Of a stretch of DNA of 64,000 nucleotides, positions 37,011 through 50,200 are shown piece after piece. The translations under genes were made by a program, and so were the position numbers. The DNA is taken from the NCBI GenBank assembly GCA_040954595.2, contig CM082576.2:482648-546647 (forward strand), given 5' to 3'. Below the pieces are notes generated by a model. It saw only the letters and a list, made by a program, of their open reading frames with translations, did not search any database and was not told the origin of the DNA. This stretch comes from Balanoglossus misakiensis (Eukaryota > Animalia > Hemichordata). Numbering within the stretch: position 1 is the stretch's first letter; each line of letters begins with the position of its first letter.

Positions 37011-38759
37011 TAGTTTGTCTTGAAAAAAATGCAGACAGTACATCCACACACTCACCATTTGTCCGTCATACGTCATACATACGCCATGTTTTGGTTCGAA
37101 AGAGAATGAATAATAAAAGTGGTGTGTTTTAAGTCAAATTGCAATCCTGTTATTTTTCAACGAAAGCAGTACTTTCGTGCACCGGAAAAGCTGTTATTTC
37201 TTCAAATAACATTGTTCGCCGTTAAGTTATTGCTCGTGCAAATTCTTAGGCGTCAGAATGTTGTGTTTTCATATACGATGAAGTTGGACGGATGGACCAA
37301 CACAGCCTCGATAAATACGCTATGACAGTCCTAAGTTTTTTTGAGTGAATCAGTTAGTGAGTGGCGTATGAGACACACGCGCACACACACGCACACACAC
37401 AGGGGCAGGGTTCAGAAATTTTGTACAACTCAGCTTGCTTGTGTCCATTGAAGCACGGGTCACATGATAGCACGCCCTCCTCTTGCTGTCACATTCCAGT
37501 CCCTCACCTTTTACCGTGGATCCTTTCAGGTTTGGACTCACCCGGCCTAAGCGCCGTCAATGGGAACCTGTGTTGGGGATATTATGCACTTGTATTCGAT
37601 ACCTGGGTTTGTGCGGACTACATCTTATTTCACTCAGGCGCTCTGTTAACTCCCTTCTCCGTCTCACGCTTCGCTGCCCGTGTTTTTGGAGTATTGAGAC
37701 AGACTAGAGCGGGATAGCACTTAAACGATTCTGTTTATTTCGTTTCATTTGAAATTTCATCTTATTACCTGCACCAATGCGTCAACTGAATAGGTGTTTC
37801 ACACACTGGCTAGCTACCTCACACCCAGCCTAATACCATTCAACAAAGGGGAGTTGTGACTAGCCCTTTCTGCTCTAATCCCAGATTGTTTTAACAGGTT
37901 TAAAATCTAACTTCTAAGAAAGACCATCGGCAGATTAAATAACCCGGCTTATCTGGATTGAAAGCTGGGGTAAGAACTCTATTTGTGGAGCATAATGCGA
38001 TAAATTTCAGTTGAATTTGTCTTGGAGATGATACAGAGAAATGAGCGGTGATTTGACAAGGCTCATCTTACGAGAATCTGAAGTGGCCATCTCAAGAAGT
38101 CTTTGTCAAAACTCGGTCTTGTTGGTATTTCCCTGATACGCTCTTATTGGCAGGCTTATTGCGATCCCCTTAGTGGTAGCCAACTATAGCGTGTATGACA
38201 ACTAAATTAAAGATAAGAAAGAGAAATAGCTACTTAGCTTGAAGTAATCAAACATGGGTGTTTCTATTCACATGCGATCGGTGAGAAAACACTAATGAAA
38301 GGGACATCGAAATTAACATTTCCCAGTCACTGACTGTAGCTGTGCTACAAAAACCTGTTTACTGAAGGGCGGGAAATTGTCTCTTTGCGAAGTTAATTTT
38401 TGTCCACCTATCAAGAAGGTGCTAATTTCATTTGCCGAATTGATGTGCAAGCGGAATTTCAGTAGTTTTTCACAGTCGATTGCGTGTTTTGGGGTTAGGG
38501 TATTCAGACGTACGAGCAGGCCCGGGTAGAACTGCAATTGCTTAAAAGGGGGCACGGTATTGTATTGCAGTTGAAAGTTACCCTCGAATCTTTTCAATGG
38601 CCGAGCATTCACACACTTTGTTCCACTTTGTAACGTATTTCATGCAAACCGTTTTATCAGGTGTTGATCTAAGGCCATATCGCTTTTATCAACGACAACA
38701 AGCACCTCCCTCGCCGAGTAATTAATTGTTGTGTCGGTTCCAACACCGCCTTCAGTTTC

Positions 38760-38890
38760 AACCAATCACAGTTCGCTTTGCCTGCCAGCCAGTGACGTAT
38801 TTGATGTCAGGTTATCAGGAAAGCCTGGGATTTAGCAGCGGAGCGCCGCCCCGAAACCCCTCAGGAAGCTGTAATAAACCAATCTCAGTT
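38760..38890 (+). promoter_or_regulatory. Candidate proximal promoter of Nkx2.2
   Basis: CCAAT at 38762-38766 and 38879-38883, CRE-like GTGACGT at 38791, GC box CCGCCC at 38846-38851, lying 250-370 nt upstream of the ATG. Confidence 0.5.
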
Positions 38891-39130
38891 GGCCTTTACT
38901 GTGCACTGTAACTAGCTATGCAGGGACGAACTCATCGACGGTCTTATGTTTTGTAAACTCGTGCATGCTTTAAATATTAACTTGGCAATAGCAGGCAGGA
39001 CTAGTATAACTGGAGACACACCGTGTGTCATTTTCTACCCTACGTCGCCGTATTGCTGGACATACCGTCTCACTTTGTCGTACACTTCTGTATTTTCTTG
39101 TTCCAGTGAGACATACGAATTTGCGAACAG

Positions 39131-39467
39131 ATGGATGACACAAGCGTGGTTATGAACGCTAAGTCCAGCTTCACCGTCAAGGATATCCTAGACATGCCGG
39201 GCGGAAAACCCGCGTGTGCTATCTCCGGACAGTCGCCGACCAACCTGACGACAAAACACCACGCCGACCTAGTGAACGGCGGTCATCACGGCTCCGGCCT
39301 GGTCCGCCGGATGGGACCCCAGAGCAACAACATGATGAGCACGACGCCCGCCAACAACACGTCGGCAGCGTCGAACACCACACTGCCGTCCTGTTTCGAT
39401 AACAGCGATAATCCGTACACACGTTGGCTCCAAAGTCAAGGCACACAAGAACCACTGCAATATCCCT
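39131..39467 (+). CDS. nkx2.2: NK2 homeobox protein Nkx2.2 (vnd/Nkx2.2 family), coding exon 1
   Basis: Encodes the TN/eh1 motif SSFTVKDILD and the Nkx2.2-specific DNPYTRWL motif, followed by LQYP. Ends at phase-1 donor T|GTAAGT (GT 39468-39469). The start could alternatively be the second ATG (MNAKSSF, 39152). Confidence 0.95.
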
Positions 39468-39772
39468 GTAAGTATAATTACTCCATCGTGCCTCAACGCT
39501 TCAACTGATATTATCACAATTGTTCTTGTTGCCGACAACACCTACGTTTTAAAGAAATTAAGGTGGGAAACAGGGTCGTTCTCTAGATTGGGTTCAAGAG
39601 TGAAGCACTCCACTATGTACTCCAACGGACAATTAGGAGGCCATCCAACATCTAGTTATTACTGTTTAATGTGGAAATGAGTTTGTTTTTCATGCACCTT
39701 AACCCACAAACCTTAGCTAGTTCAAACACACAGGTGTTCATATTTTTTCTGTTTCTGACTCATTTCTTGCAG
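39468..39772 (+). other. nkx2.2: Nkx2.2 intron, 305 bp, phase 1, GT-AG
   Basis: GTAAGT donor and TTTCTGACTCATTTCTTGCAG acceptor. Joining gives T|CG (Ser) and an open frame of 337+668=1005 nt, i.e. 334 aa plus stop. Confidence 0.93.
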
Positions 39773-40440
39773 CGCTGAACCAAACTTCCACCGTTAATAC
39801 CAGCAGCAACAATAACAACAATACCACCAACAGCATCAGCAGCAAAAACAATAATGATAACAACACGACGAATGCCAACGACTCGGACTCTGATCATTCA
39901 CCGCATTCGAACTCCGACGATTCGCCGAATTCGAACAGTGACCCCGGTCCCAAGAAGCGTAAGCGACGGGTTCTTTTCTCAAAAGCACAGACATACGAAC
40001 TGGAGAGGCGATTTCGCCAACAACGGTACTTGAGTGCGCCTGAAAGGGAACACTTGGCCAGCATCATCCGGTTAACGCCGACGCAGGTCAAAATCTGGTT
40101 TCAAAACCACCGGTATAAGTTGAAGCGTGCCCGACAGGAGAAGGGACTCGACATGAACCCCTTGCCGTCGCCCAGACGCGTCGCCGTCCCCGTTCTGGTG
40201 AGGGACGGCAAGCCATGCCATGCAAACATGAACGGTGGAATGAACTCCATGAGCAAACCTCACCAGGACACTGTACCACTCCAACAGATGCAGCAACTAC
40301 AGACCATGCAAACTATGCAACAAATGCAGCAAATGCAACACTATCCTCCATACTCCACACCGTACAGTTATTCTAGTTGCAGTTCACAATTGACACAACC
40401 CCTAACACAACCCCTCACACAACCCAGTTGGCCGTGGTGA
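39773..40440 (+). CDS. nkx2.2: NK2 homeobox protein Nkx2.2, coding exon 2 (homeodomain and NK2-specific domain)
   Basis: Homeodomain 39955-40134 [60 protein letters not shown], with the NK2 Tyr54 and the [16 protein letters not shown] signature that distinguishes Nkx2.2 from Nkx2.1. NK2-[21 protein letters not shown] follows. C-terminal W-x-W, then TGA at 40438-40440. Confidence 0.98.
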
Positions 40441-41207
40441 GGGTGAAGCTTATAGAAACGCCGACAATTTCTCATCGTGTCTATTCTTCATATACGTGTC
40501 TGTTCTGGTGGACTATTGCGGTTGTGATTTCGATTCGGATGGTACCCAAGTGCAAATTGTAGCACGTATGTACTTAACTTTTATTCTGAGTTACAAGATG
40601 CCATCTTTATACAGAAAAAAAGAAACAAGATATATTGTCCTGTGTCAGAAAAATGGCTATTGGTAATTTTCCCCATTTCTCTGTAAACCGTGGGCATATT
40701 TGAGTGACAATAGATGCGCCTATTATTTGTTTGCCTATTTTAATTTCTAAATACGGTCACTGGGTTAACAGAGTCGAGTTGAGTTAGACATGTATTTTTT
40801 TCATTCTAAAATCAACGCAACGATCAGTCGATGACAAGAGGGGGGATTCGGAGATAGACAATCCTGCTGTGTACATGCACATACCCCTAAACAAAAGACC
40901 GACTCTCGAAGGAACATCCATGGATCACTTCCAGACACAAGTTAAAAAATAACAATCGTGTTAATATTCAGAAAGATTGGAATTTTATATTTTATACAAT
41001 ATCCGTTTTTAGATCTCTTTGTAAAAAAGTACATTGTTATTATGGAATAGTGACTGTAGATAGTGTATCATATAGTTGACAAGGGTTAGCACCGAGAAGC
41101 GAACACCTATAGTACTTCGAACAAATTGATTTCCAACAAAAAGCCAGCAACAATTACCATTGCTAATTCCCTGATAATGTTTTCTGGATACTTTCTCACT
41201 TGAGATA

Positions 41208-41213
41208 AATAAA
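41208..41213 (+). terminator. Possible polyadenylation signal of Nkx2.2
   Basis: First AATAAA I found after the stop codon, ~770 nt into an AT-rich putative 3' UTR. Confidence 0.3.
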
Positions 41214-44200
41214 ATTAACATGGCGATTGTCAAGTCATAAACACGTTTCACTGATCTTTGGTTTAATTTTTGGATTTTGCTGGAAGGGACCGCCTTTGCC
41301 GTTTCCAATGTTGAGGATCTGAAGAGATCCGCACTGTTTCCTTTGTGTTCCGGAGTACTGTTGCCTTTGCAATTGTCTTCCAAACGCCAAAGAAAAACGT
41401 CTTCAATGGTCTCTTAAACAAAATATTTGTGTCTCATTCACATTGAAAGTGACTTATCTCTGTACCAGTTGCGATTGACTCTGAAGGGGAAAGCGAGACC
41501 TTTATCAGCCCACTCGACATGCATAGGCACGGGGTACGGTGTCGGGGGACAACTTGGGGCAAGATCGGGGAGAATTATCGAGTTCCCTGGGGACCGAGTT
41601 CAGCAGTACACTTTTGGCTCGTCTTTTGGCTAAAAATAATTACATTTCGGCCTTGGTATGTTGTTGTAAAGGTACCTTACTTATCTGTGTCGATCGGTTC
41701 GTAAGTGTGCATGAAAATATACAGCCATATATCTTGTTAAGTACACAGTGTGGAATGAATTGAGAGGAGGGTCTGGCGTATTTATGTGAGTGCTTCCGTT
41801 CGATACAGTGTTTTGCTACGTAGCAGTTGACGACGAGAACGGCTGCTCAATAGACACAAACCATGTTGATGTCTTTATGCGAGCGCGCGTGTGTGATCTG
41901 CCGATGCGGACCGGAGGTCGACGACGAAACCATGCTTTTACTTATGGGCAAACAAGATTAAATCCATTTGGGCTAAATGTGTTTGAGGAACGGATTGAGA
42001 CGGGTGGGCAGAATAGCAGCCAAGTAAACGCACCTCGGAGGGCTGGGATTGACCAGTGGCTTGCAAAGGTTAAACATAAACGCATTATGCCAAGTGTGCT
42101 CTCAAAACAGCCAACACCTCAATCGTACACCCGTTCTAAATGAGAAAAATAAAAGGATCGAAATTCCAGTTGAGAAACTGTGTGCGCTAGACAATCTTCC
42201 TGACGCCAATCTCAAAAAAAGTCATTCAGTAAACGATAACTCTCTATCTAAATGTTGGGTGACAACCACTCCCCAGATCGACAGGTACGCATACCTTCAG
42301 TATAGACGGTCGCCTAACTATAGGCGTGAAATTGAGACTAATTTCAGAAGGGGTACTTAAGAAGCAGTGAATGAAAAAAAAAATCGAGGAGTTGGCTCTT
42401 TAGGCCTAACAATAGTGCCAACGCTTATACTTTGTCAAACACGATCCAATCTTTACAAAATACGTTGTTGACAGAAAAAAAAGATGGCATTTGCTTATTT
42501 ACGGGTAAAAACTGTAAACTGCGTTTAATATTCCATTAACGATACCCTGCATTGCATACATTGGAAAATACAAACGCATCAATGACCGACACGGTTACTC
42601 TGTCTGTGACTGTATATGTTTGCACACCAATATCAATTTTTTTCCTGGTATCAATTTAGCCAGTCATCGAAAATTATAACCTCAAGTTGCGTTTGTTTCA
42701 TTCCTTAATAACTATTGAGGGAAGTCGCATTACTCTCGCTTCATTTAAGAAAGTTGACCGCCATCTTTAACATTTTTTAAACATTATTCAGCCAAGCTTT
42801 CTGGCAGTATCAGCTTCAAAAATCTAGCATCACCGTCCTATCGAATTTTGTAATGTTTAAATTCCATGTGCCGATTTGTCATATTGCTGTTGTTAAGTAC
42901 CCGCTGAGCGCTATGTACAAACTTACTGTCTATCTATACATCAACAAACATGGACAAACTTGGTGGGGGGGGGGGGGACTAAAAACGTCTCCAATTTGCC
43001 GGAATGTTTTTCACGTGAGTTTGCAAACGGGCTGATACACACCATTAGGTAGGAAGGGTAGCATGATAGTACCTTGGTTGGAAAATAGAAAAATATCAAA
43101 ATGATACTAAAATGCTCTTCCTGAGGGGTTAAACCACAATCACATGATGCAAATCACCACATTCGTGGCACAAGCGGATACATAACACGTCCTCAGGCCC
43201 AATTCCTATGAAATATAATGTTGGCAGCGTCACTTCCTGTTGTAACATTGCTCGTGCATCTGCAGAAATGTAAACACTCGGAGTGATTTTATAAACGCAT
43301 CTTTAGAAAATTTACAGAACTATCAAATGACAACTGCTGGATTGTGCACAAGGTATGCTCCAGTTTTAAAAAAATGTTTTTGATTCTGCTTTTTTTTATT
43401 CGGTTTTCATCACGTGACCTCGCTACTCAAAACAAACGCCATGTACTTCACACAGCGCTGAACCACGTTGGCTGAAATCAGAAGCATTATCGGTTTATCT
43501 AAACATATTTGTTGGTAGTCAAGTAGTTTTTTCAAAACAGAATGATTAACATTGTCAGCTGACAGTACGCAACCACCTGTTGAATCTTACTACTAATATG
43601 CAAATCAGTGATGTCACCGATATCAACAACAATTCGTTTCTACCGAAAAGACGACCACCCCCCCCCCCCAAAAAAAAACTGCAGCTGATCAACCATCTGC
43701 TAAAATATGAAAGTTATTTTCATACATTTCTTTCACAATAGAACGTGTTTGTTGTGCTAATGTTTCGACACTTTGGCTCGCCACTTCTGCTCTTTTGTTC
43801 TCGGTAAATATATGTATTCAAAGTAAAATCTTGAGAAAGGTGAACAAGAATCAGACTTCACACTCGACGTGGTTGGGTGTTACTTAATCCGTATACTGGA
43901 GTTATGGTAAACAGAGCGTTGGGGAAGCTGAACAGAGGCATCACTCGGCAGTTACGATTAGCTGCGCTAGACTGAAGCGCTGTCATTTGTGGAAGAGAAT
44001 CATCTTGGTCCCTTTCACGACCTGTGCGTGATCACGAAGTAGGTGATCTGTTTAGCTGTAGCAAGGATACATGCACGGCCATGGTGTCCGTGGGTGATAT
44101 CGTACAGCGTGTAATTTCATTAAACCGATGTCACACAGTGGCCCCGGTATGACTGCTGCCTGTTTCGAAATGAGAACTCCCCCCGCGACTGAATCTTTGA

Positions 44201-47200
44201 TTTACGCTATTCATTAATGCTGCATGATATGCCGATGGTCGCGAAGCACACCGCTTCATTTTTTATTATCCCAGGTATGCTATAATCAGAAGAAACCTAC
44301 AGATTGACACATAATAAGCGCATGGACGGTCTCATTTTCCAAGGAACGAGGACGCCAACGACGTTACTCACTTAATTCTTGTTGTCTGTTGGCACCCCTT
44401 GGTTGAGTCCCAACCCTATAAATATGACAAATTTATAGACTTTGCGGGGAATAATCGCGATGTTCTGATTATTATAAATAATTGGAAAATATCCTCGCCA
44501 AGGATGTTGTGAGACGAGGCCGTTTATCCAGCAATGGTTAAAGTCACTCCATTTACTCATCGCAGAGGAGCTTGGAGGGCATCACGAGAAAATACTAAAA
44601 TATGTCGAGAACTACTATATACCTTGCACGTTTTTTTCACGTTTTTTTCCATTGGTTGCTTCAACAGAAAAATAACTTCACTGACTACACCACACATTTC
44701 ACTGCCTTGAGCCAGCCAACTTTGCTTTCTTGAAAAAAAGAGTGGAAGAAATCGTCTTTTTCAATCTTCTCTGGCATCTGTGTGGTATGATGCACCTTTT
44801 GTCCTGCCCCCAAATGCCTTCAACTGACTGCAGCCTGGAAAAGACCCCGCCAGGCCCGACTGAGCCTTATTTTTGGCCGTGGTCAAATCTCTGTCATGTT
44901 CGAATACTGTTTGCTGGCTCTAACACTTCATATGCAAATGGTAAACTATACCGCCCTGTGATATGTTCTCCACATTCTTAAGACGGTATCCACTTCAGGA
45001 AAATAAGCGCGTTGTTCTTTGTCTGTAGCCCAACTGAGAAGAAAAAGCGCGCAATGGCAGGAATTTCTACACTTTATCATATTCAAAAATTAAAACATTT
45101 TTATTCAGAATGAAGCGTCTGATTAAATCCCGACACTTTTCTCGTTTGTTGCAAATATTATTGACACAGAAATATTTTGCCCATTGTAAACAAGAGTGCT
45201 AACACTCGAGTTATAAAATTGCCGAAATGGATCAACTTGACCTGGGCCTTGAACTTGTCCCGGCTTTGAAGATATTGCAAATACACACAGTCGGCAGCAA
45301 GTCAGAACTTAATATTTGCTTGTGACTATATAATCTTTGTTCTGTCAAGTACGAGAGCTCAATGAATCTGCCTTATCTGCTGTGCTCTACAAATAAATCA
45401 CGATGAACCTACCAAAATGCCATACCGGGCATATTAACATGCACCCTTGTCTCACAGAACGGCAGGGACTGGTGGTGGAAGAACCACCTTTATGATGGTT
45501 CGCCTCAGTACATGTAGTATGCAGTTTGGTCTGTCGAAAACCCAGGCTTAAAAGTCCTCAGTTTTCGTGTGTGTTTTTACTGCAACGTTTGACAAACCTA
45601 GCAATTCTACAACGACTGATTGACCATTACTGATCATTGAAATTATTCGGTATGTGTTTTATTCCATCAACGGAACTATGCTGTCTCTATTTGAATTACA
45701 ACTCAAACCTCGCCCGCACCCGCCTACTCTTTGGAATTTTACAAACATGCGAGACTTATTCCATTAATTGAAGGCAGATAGTAACATTTCAATAGAACCG
45801 TTAACCAAGTAGTTTAGAAAATCAAAATGAAAAATCACCCAATTACCTCATCGGCTGTTGTTTGCCCATATTCCATAGTGAGCGATTTGCCCGGAATCCT
45901 GTAGGAAAACCGAATAATTAGAGCTGTCATTGATTTAGGTGGGCCGCGCACATAAACCATGGTCTTCTAAAGTGAACACAGAACGCCTGCTCACGACGGG
46001 GACGCTGGCGAACGACCAAGGCATTCATTTTTTTCGATCATGAGCAGAGGGTATATTTTGGGCTTAATTGAGACTCATTTCCCACTCACCGCATGGCGTT
46101 CCATTCCATCCAGGATCTAGAAAATTGGTATTATTTCTCGCTTTGAATGTAATCGGAGGCAAGCTATCAAAAGTGTCCTATTGATGACTTATTTAGTGTG
46201 GGCTACTTATACACATGCAAATCTCTTTAAATGGGTTTCATTTCCGACCGATCTTGTTTGCCGACTTTGCCCTGGATGGCGTATTTTTGTGCATCTCTCC
46301 GCCGATGCACGTGCCGCCACTAAATGCGATCAATTCGGCGACCAATGGCACTGAAGTGGGTCTTAAACATTCTCTCTTTCTCTTTCTCTTTCTCTCTATT
46401 TTTTTTGGCAAACTCCAAAACAATAATAACGTCTCTAAATTATCATCCCCGGTACCATGCGACAGAGGTGGGGATAAAAAAGAGAGAGGGCTCTGAGAAA
46501 CAATGAGAAGCCATGAAAGCAAATCACGTACACGTACAAGACGCTAATTCGAGTCACCATATCTCTTATCAATCGATTGAAATGCTATCTACGCCGGCGC
46601 TGAGCGAATTCAATGTTTTAATTAGGATAATTTGCGTGCTTATCGATGGAAATTCTCAACAATCGAAATGAACATAAATTTACCGAGTGCATTGTGTTGC
46701 ACTTGTTGGTGAAATATAATTTGGAGTGTGTATTTCAAGGAGCCTGCTTAACATAAACTTGTTGATATTGATATCATTAAGAGTAGAGTGTGATATTTTA
46801 GGTGTCCCTATGCATGTCTGTGTGTGAAGGGGGCTCTGGGTCGCTGGCATCAGTGTTCACCGTTTCAACTTTGTCAATAAAACTTTTCACGCTTTAAGTG
46901 GATGCAAACGGGAAACTCATTAAAATACGCGAAAAGTGCGGAAAAGAGAAAACGATATAGAGCGGAAAGCATGGACATTTAAGCTGAAGTTTCCGATCCA
47001 GAATATCGAACGCTTTCTGGCGAAGGGCCGATTTCCGTGTTGTCTAATGCCGCACTCCACTTCTGTCCTCGCCTCCAGCTATTTTCTTTTTGACCTAAAA
47101 TGTTAAAACCTTGTCTAAAGATTCCCACGGAGCTTTTTTATTTGCCTAAACGTTGTATCGATATGATAACATCTTATTATTGGAATGGCATATTTATACC

Positions 47201-50200
47201 TTTGTTGTACAGGATGAATACAATTTGACCCTATTCCAAGCATATGATGGGTGTCTATGCAGTTGGGGTTAATGAGCAAATTCGCCGCTCTATCGGCCTG
47301 ATGCAAAAGCACCCATATGCTACATCCAATACATTCGAATTAGGCTAAGCGAGGCAAAAATCAGACTCAGTCATTTTATTAACATGTAACAAATAAAAGA
47401 TTCTGTTGGTGAGGTGATTAGAATGCCCAGTTATTGCCTGCAACAGTATTTCCAATTTCCACATGCAGGAGACAAATTTGTCGTTCGCTGCATGGGGTTA
47501 AAGCGAGCGAAATTGCTTGCTCAATACGTCAGCGCTCAGCACAAAGCCAGGTAGAGATTCTGTCCGCCCTCGTTAAAATAAGCGAAGAAACCTCATTTCC
47601 TCGTCCATCTACGGATTATTTTTTCGCCTCTGAAAGGACGTCCGAGTAATTGGCTCGAGTTGTACGGCGAAGATGGGCTGAAGTGGGTCCGTGAGAAAGA
47701 AGTTATAAAGCTCTTGGCATTTAATGAATACTCGTGACACTGGTGAGGGTAGTCGAGTGTAGCCTCTTCTGGCAGAGCCAACATTGCTCTTCTACCGTTA
47801 TCATCAATCGTGCAAACACCTGCTGAATTCGAGACAAGCCACTTACTGGACTTCAAACCAATAATCCAGACTACCTGTGTTTTCATCAACGCAGTGGGAG
47901 GGCGTGGATGTTCGCTTCGTCTTCTTTGTCAGTTGTGAAGCTGACTTAGTCATATCCAGCGTGATCACTCATGCTGTCTCCATCGCTTCACCCGGGTTTT
48001 TTGTGTTTTAATAAATATATGACTGGCTTGTTATATTGCCTGCTATATGGCGTTCGCATTACATGTCCATAACAATCAATATACATATGGAGTTATCAAT
48101 ACATCCGCGAGGTGCTCATGTTTCGACAGCGTCTAATCATCTTGGCGTACAGACGATTGCAAATTGTTCCGTGGAGCCCTCTCATGTTGGAGATGACACA
48201 GAATTTATTGAGTGACAGTTTCTGATTTACAGCCATGTATGTATATACTGTCACTGTCTTTTAGGAAGTAGGTAGGTAGGAAGGTATGATTTGCATAGTA
48301 TTCAAATGAACAATTCTTCTCTAAAATTGAAATACTGATTTACGGTGTCTTTGCAAAATATGCATGTACTGGGGCTTATCTTTTTTTCTTACATTTTGAC
48401 CCAGAATGCATCGTGTCTTCAACAACTTCTATACCAGTCACTTTGTTGATAAGATAATTGCAACCCTTCCAATTCTGAAGTTAAAATGTTTCGTCTCACT
48501 TTTGATGAACATTTTCATATGTTTTAAAGTGTTATTTCCTTTACGATTTTATGCATAGCTTCTACTGTCGCATAAAGTCTTGAAGTGGAAGTACAGTGGA
48601 AAGACATAAAAAGTTTAGTCCATTATTTTTTTCTTATTTCTGTTTGGCGTGTCTTTAATAATTGTAAAATGCGTTGGAGTATGTGCCCTTCATTGGAATT
48701 CAAGTTCCTAAACCCTACCTTGTCAAGATCAACGGCTATGGCAAAGGTTTCAAAATTAGCACATGTCTGTTCGCGATGCCAGACTAGAAGCAAGACAAAG
48801 GAAACATGAATACCGGGCCCACAACGGAGAACTTAACAGAATACACAAACGTCGAATCGAAGGGAAACCTGTGCAAACTTGAGATTTGTCAAATTCGGTA
48901 AGTATAGATTTGTCACATTTTGATCTCCCGAAAGTTGGGGACAGGCAGATAGGCAGACAGACTGACAGAGAAACAGGGGCAACGAGAGGAATAGACAGAC
49001 AGGTACAGAAAAAATATGATTGATTATGTATATTGCGCCACACAAGGCATCAAAAGCCACAACTTTCCTCTGAAGCTAAATTCCTACATGACTTTTTGTT
49101 CTCCTTGACATTACCAGGCGAGTCTAAAACCGTTGTTTACTCTACTCTATACCAGACTTGGGGGGAACGAATGCTGGTCCATACTTCAGCTGAAGCCTAC
49201 CATTCACCGTGATTTAAACTAATCCATGATAAACGACATAATTTATGCGCCAGCGACATAAATTTCCGAAGGCAGACATTAAACAGTTTCTGCGTGGCAA
49301 AGCTTCGTCAATATTTAACCAGCTCAGGGCATGATTCTGTCGATGGCTGTCACCTCTTTGCTTGACCTCTGCGATAAAATGGTTGGCAATCAGTTGCCAG
49401 AAGTGGGGCTTGTTGAACAGAGTTGTCCAAAACGATAAGGTTACAGAATGACACTCTCAACGCGAGCACATTGAGCCTTGCCGTCTGCCCTTCTCGCTTC
49501 CACAGAAACGCTGAAGCTTTCTGTTTGTTATGCTCCCCAAAATCACGGATTCAGATATACTCCATTTCAGCACAGTACTTTACAGATAAACAACGTTCAA
49601 CATTACAAGAGCCATATAGCATCGCCGGGATGCGACAAAACCGACACCGACTGTCATTTTCACGGTGATTCTGACGCCGACACAAAACAGTTCAACAAAA
49701 GTATCTTGCAAATGATTGAATCAGACTTTTACTGAACTGCTTGGCTTCCTATAATACTAAAAACCCTAAATTGGTACCGAGTGTCATCATGTCGAGATAT
49801 TCATATATATGGCACACTTAGCAGTTGTTAAAACAGGGTCTCGCTCGAATGAACTTTCAACTGATTTATAATTCCATCGTTTAGCAAATCATGCATGTTT
49901 ATCTGCTTTAACACACAAATTATATTAATTATTGAACAATATAAATCATACTTTGATAGCCAGCCGTAAATGACTGGTATTTTGATTCTTTAAATTAATA
50001 GTTTTATCGAATGTTAAATGTTTCCAATTTGCATCGACGCGTGATGTATATTTCCAGTAGTTAGTTTCGTCGTTGTAACTAGATGCTTGCGTGTGAAGGG
50101 AATATTCAACTTTAACCGTGCATTTTATGTCTATTTCATGAAATTCAACGAGATCGATCGACGGCATTCTTTGTCGCGAATAATTTAGGACTGAAATGGA

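Noticed and set aside
39219-40296. Several minus-strand and alternative-frame ORFs over Nkx2.2
   Set aside because: Shadows of the GC-rich real CDS.
41009-41383. 124-aa minus-strand ORF overlapping the Nkx2.2 3' region
   Set aside because: Non-ATG start, no recognisable domain, and composition typical of UTR or intergenic DNA.
43653-43669. GACCACCCC near-Gli site
   Set aside because: It is part of a poly-C run, so the match is low-complexity.
47620-48015. Protein-looking stretch (WLELYGEDGLKWVREKEVIKLLAFNEYS*) followed by a downstream AATAAA
   Set aside because: Short, preceded by an in-frame stop, with a weak acceptor and no family similarity.
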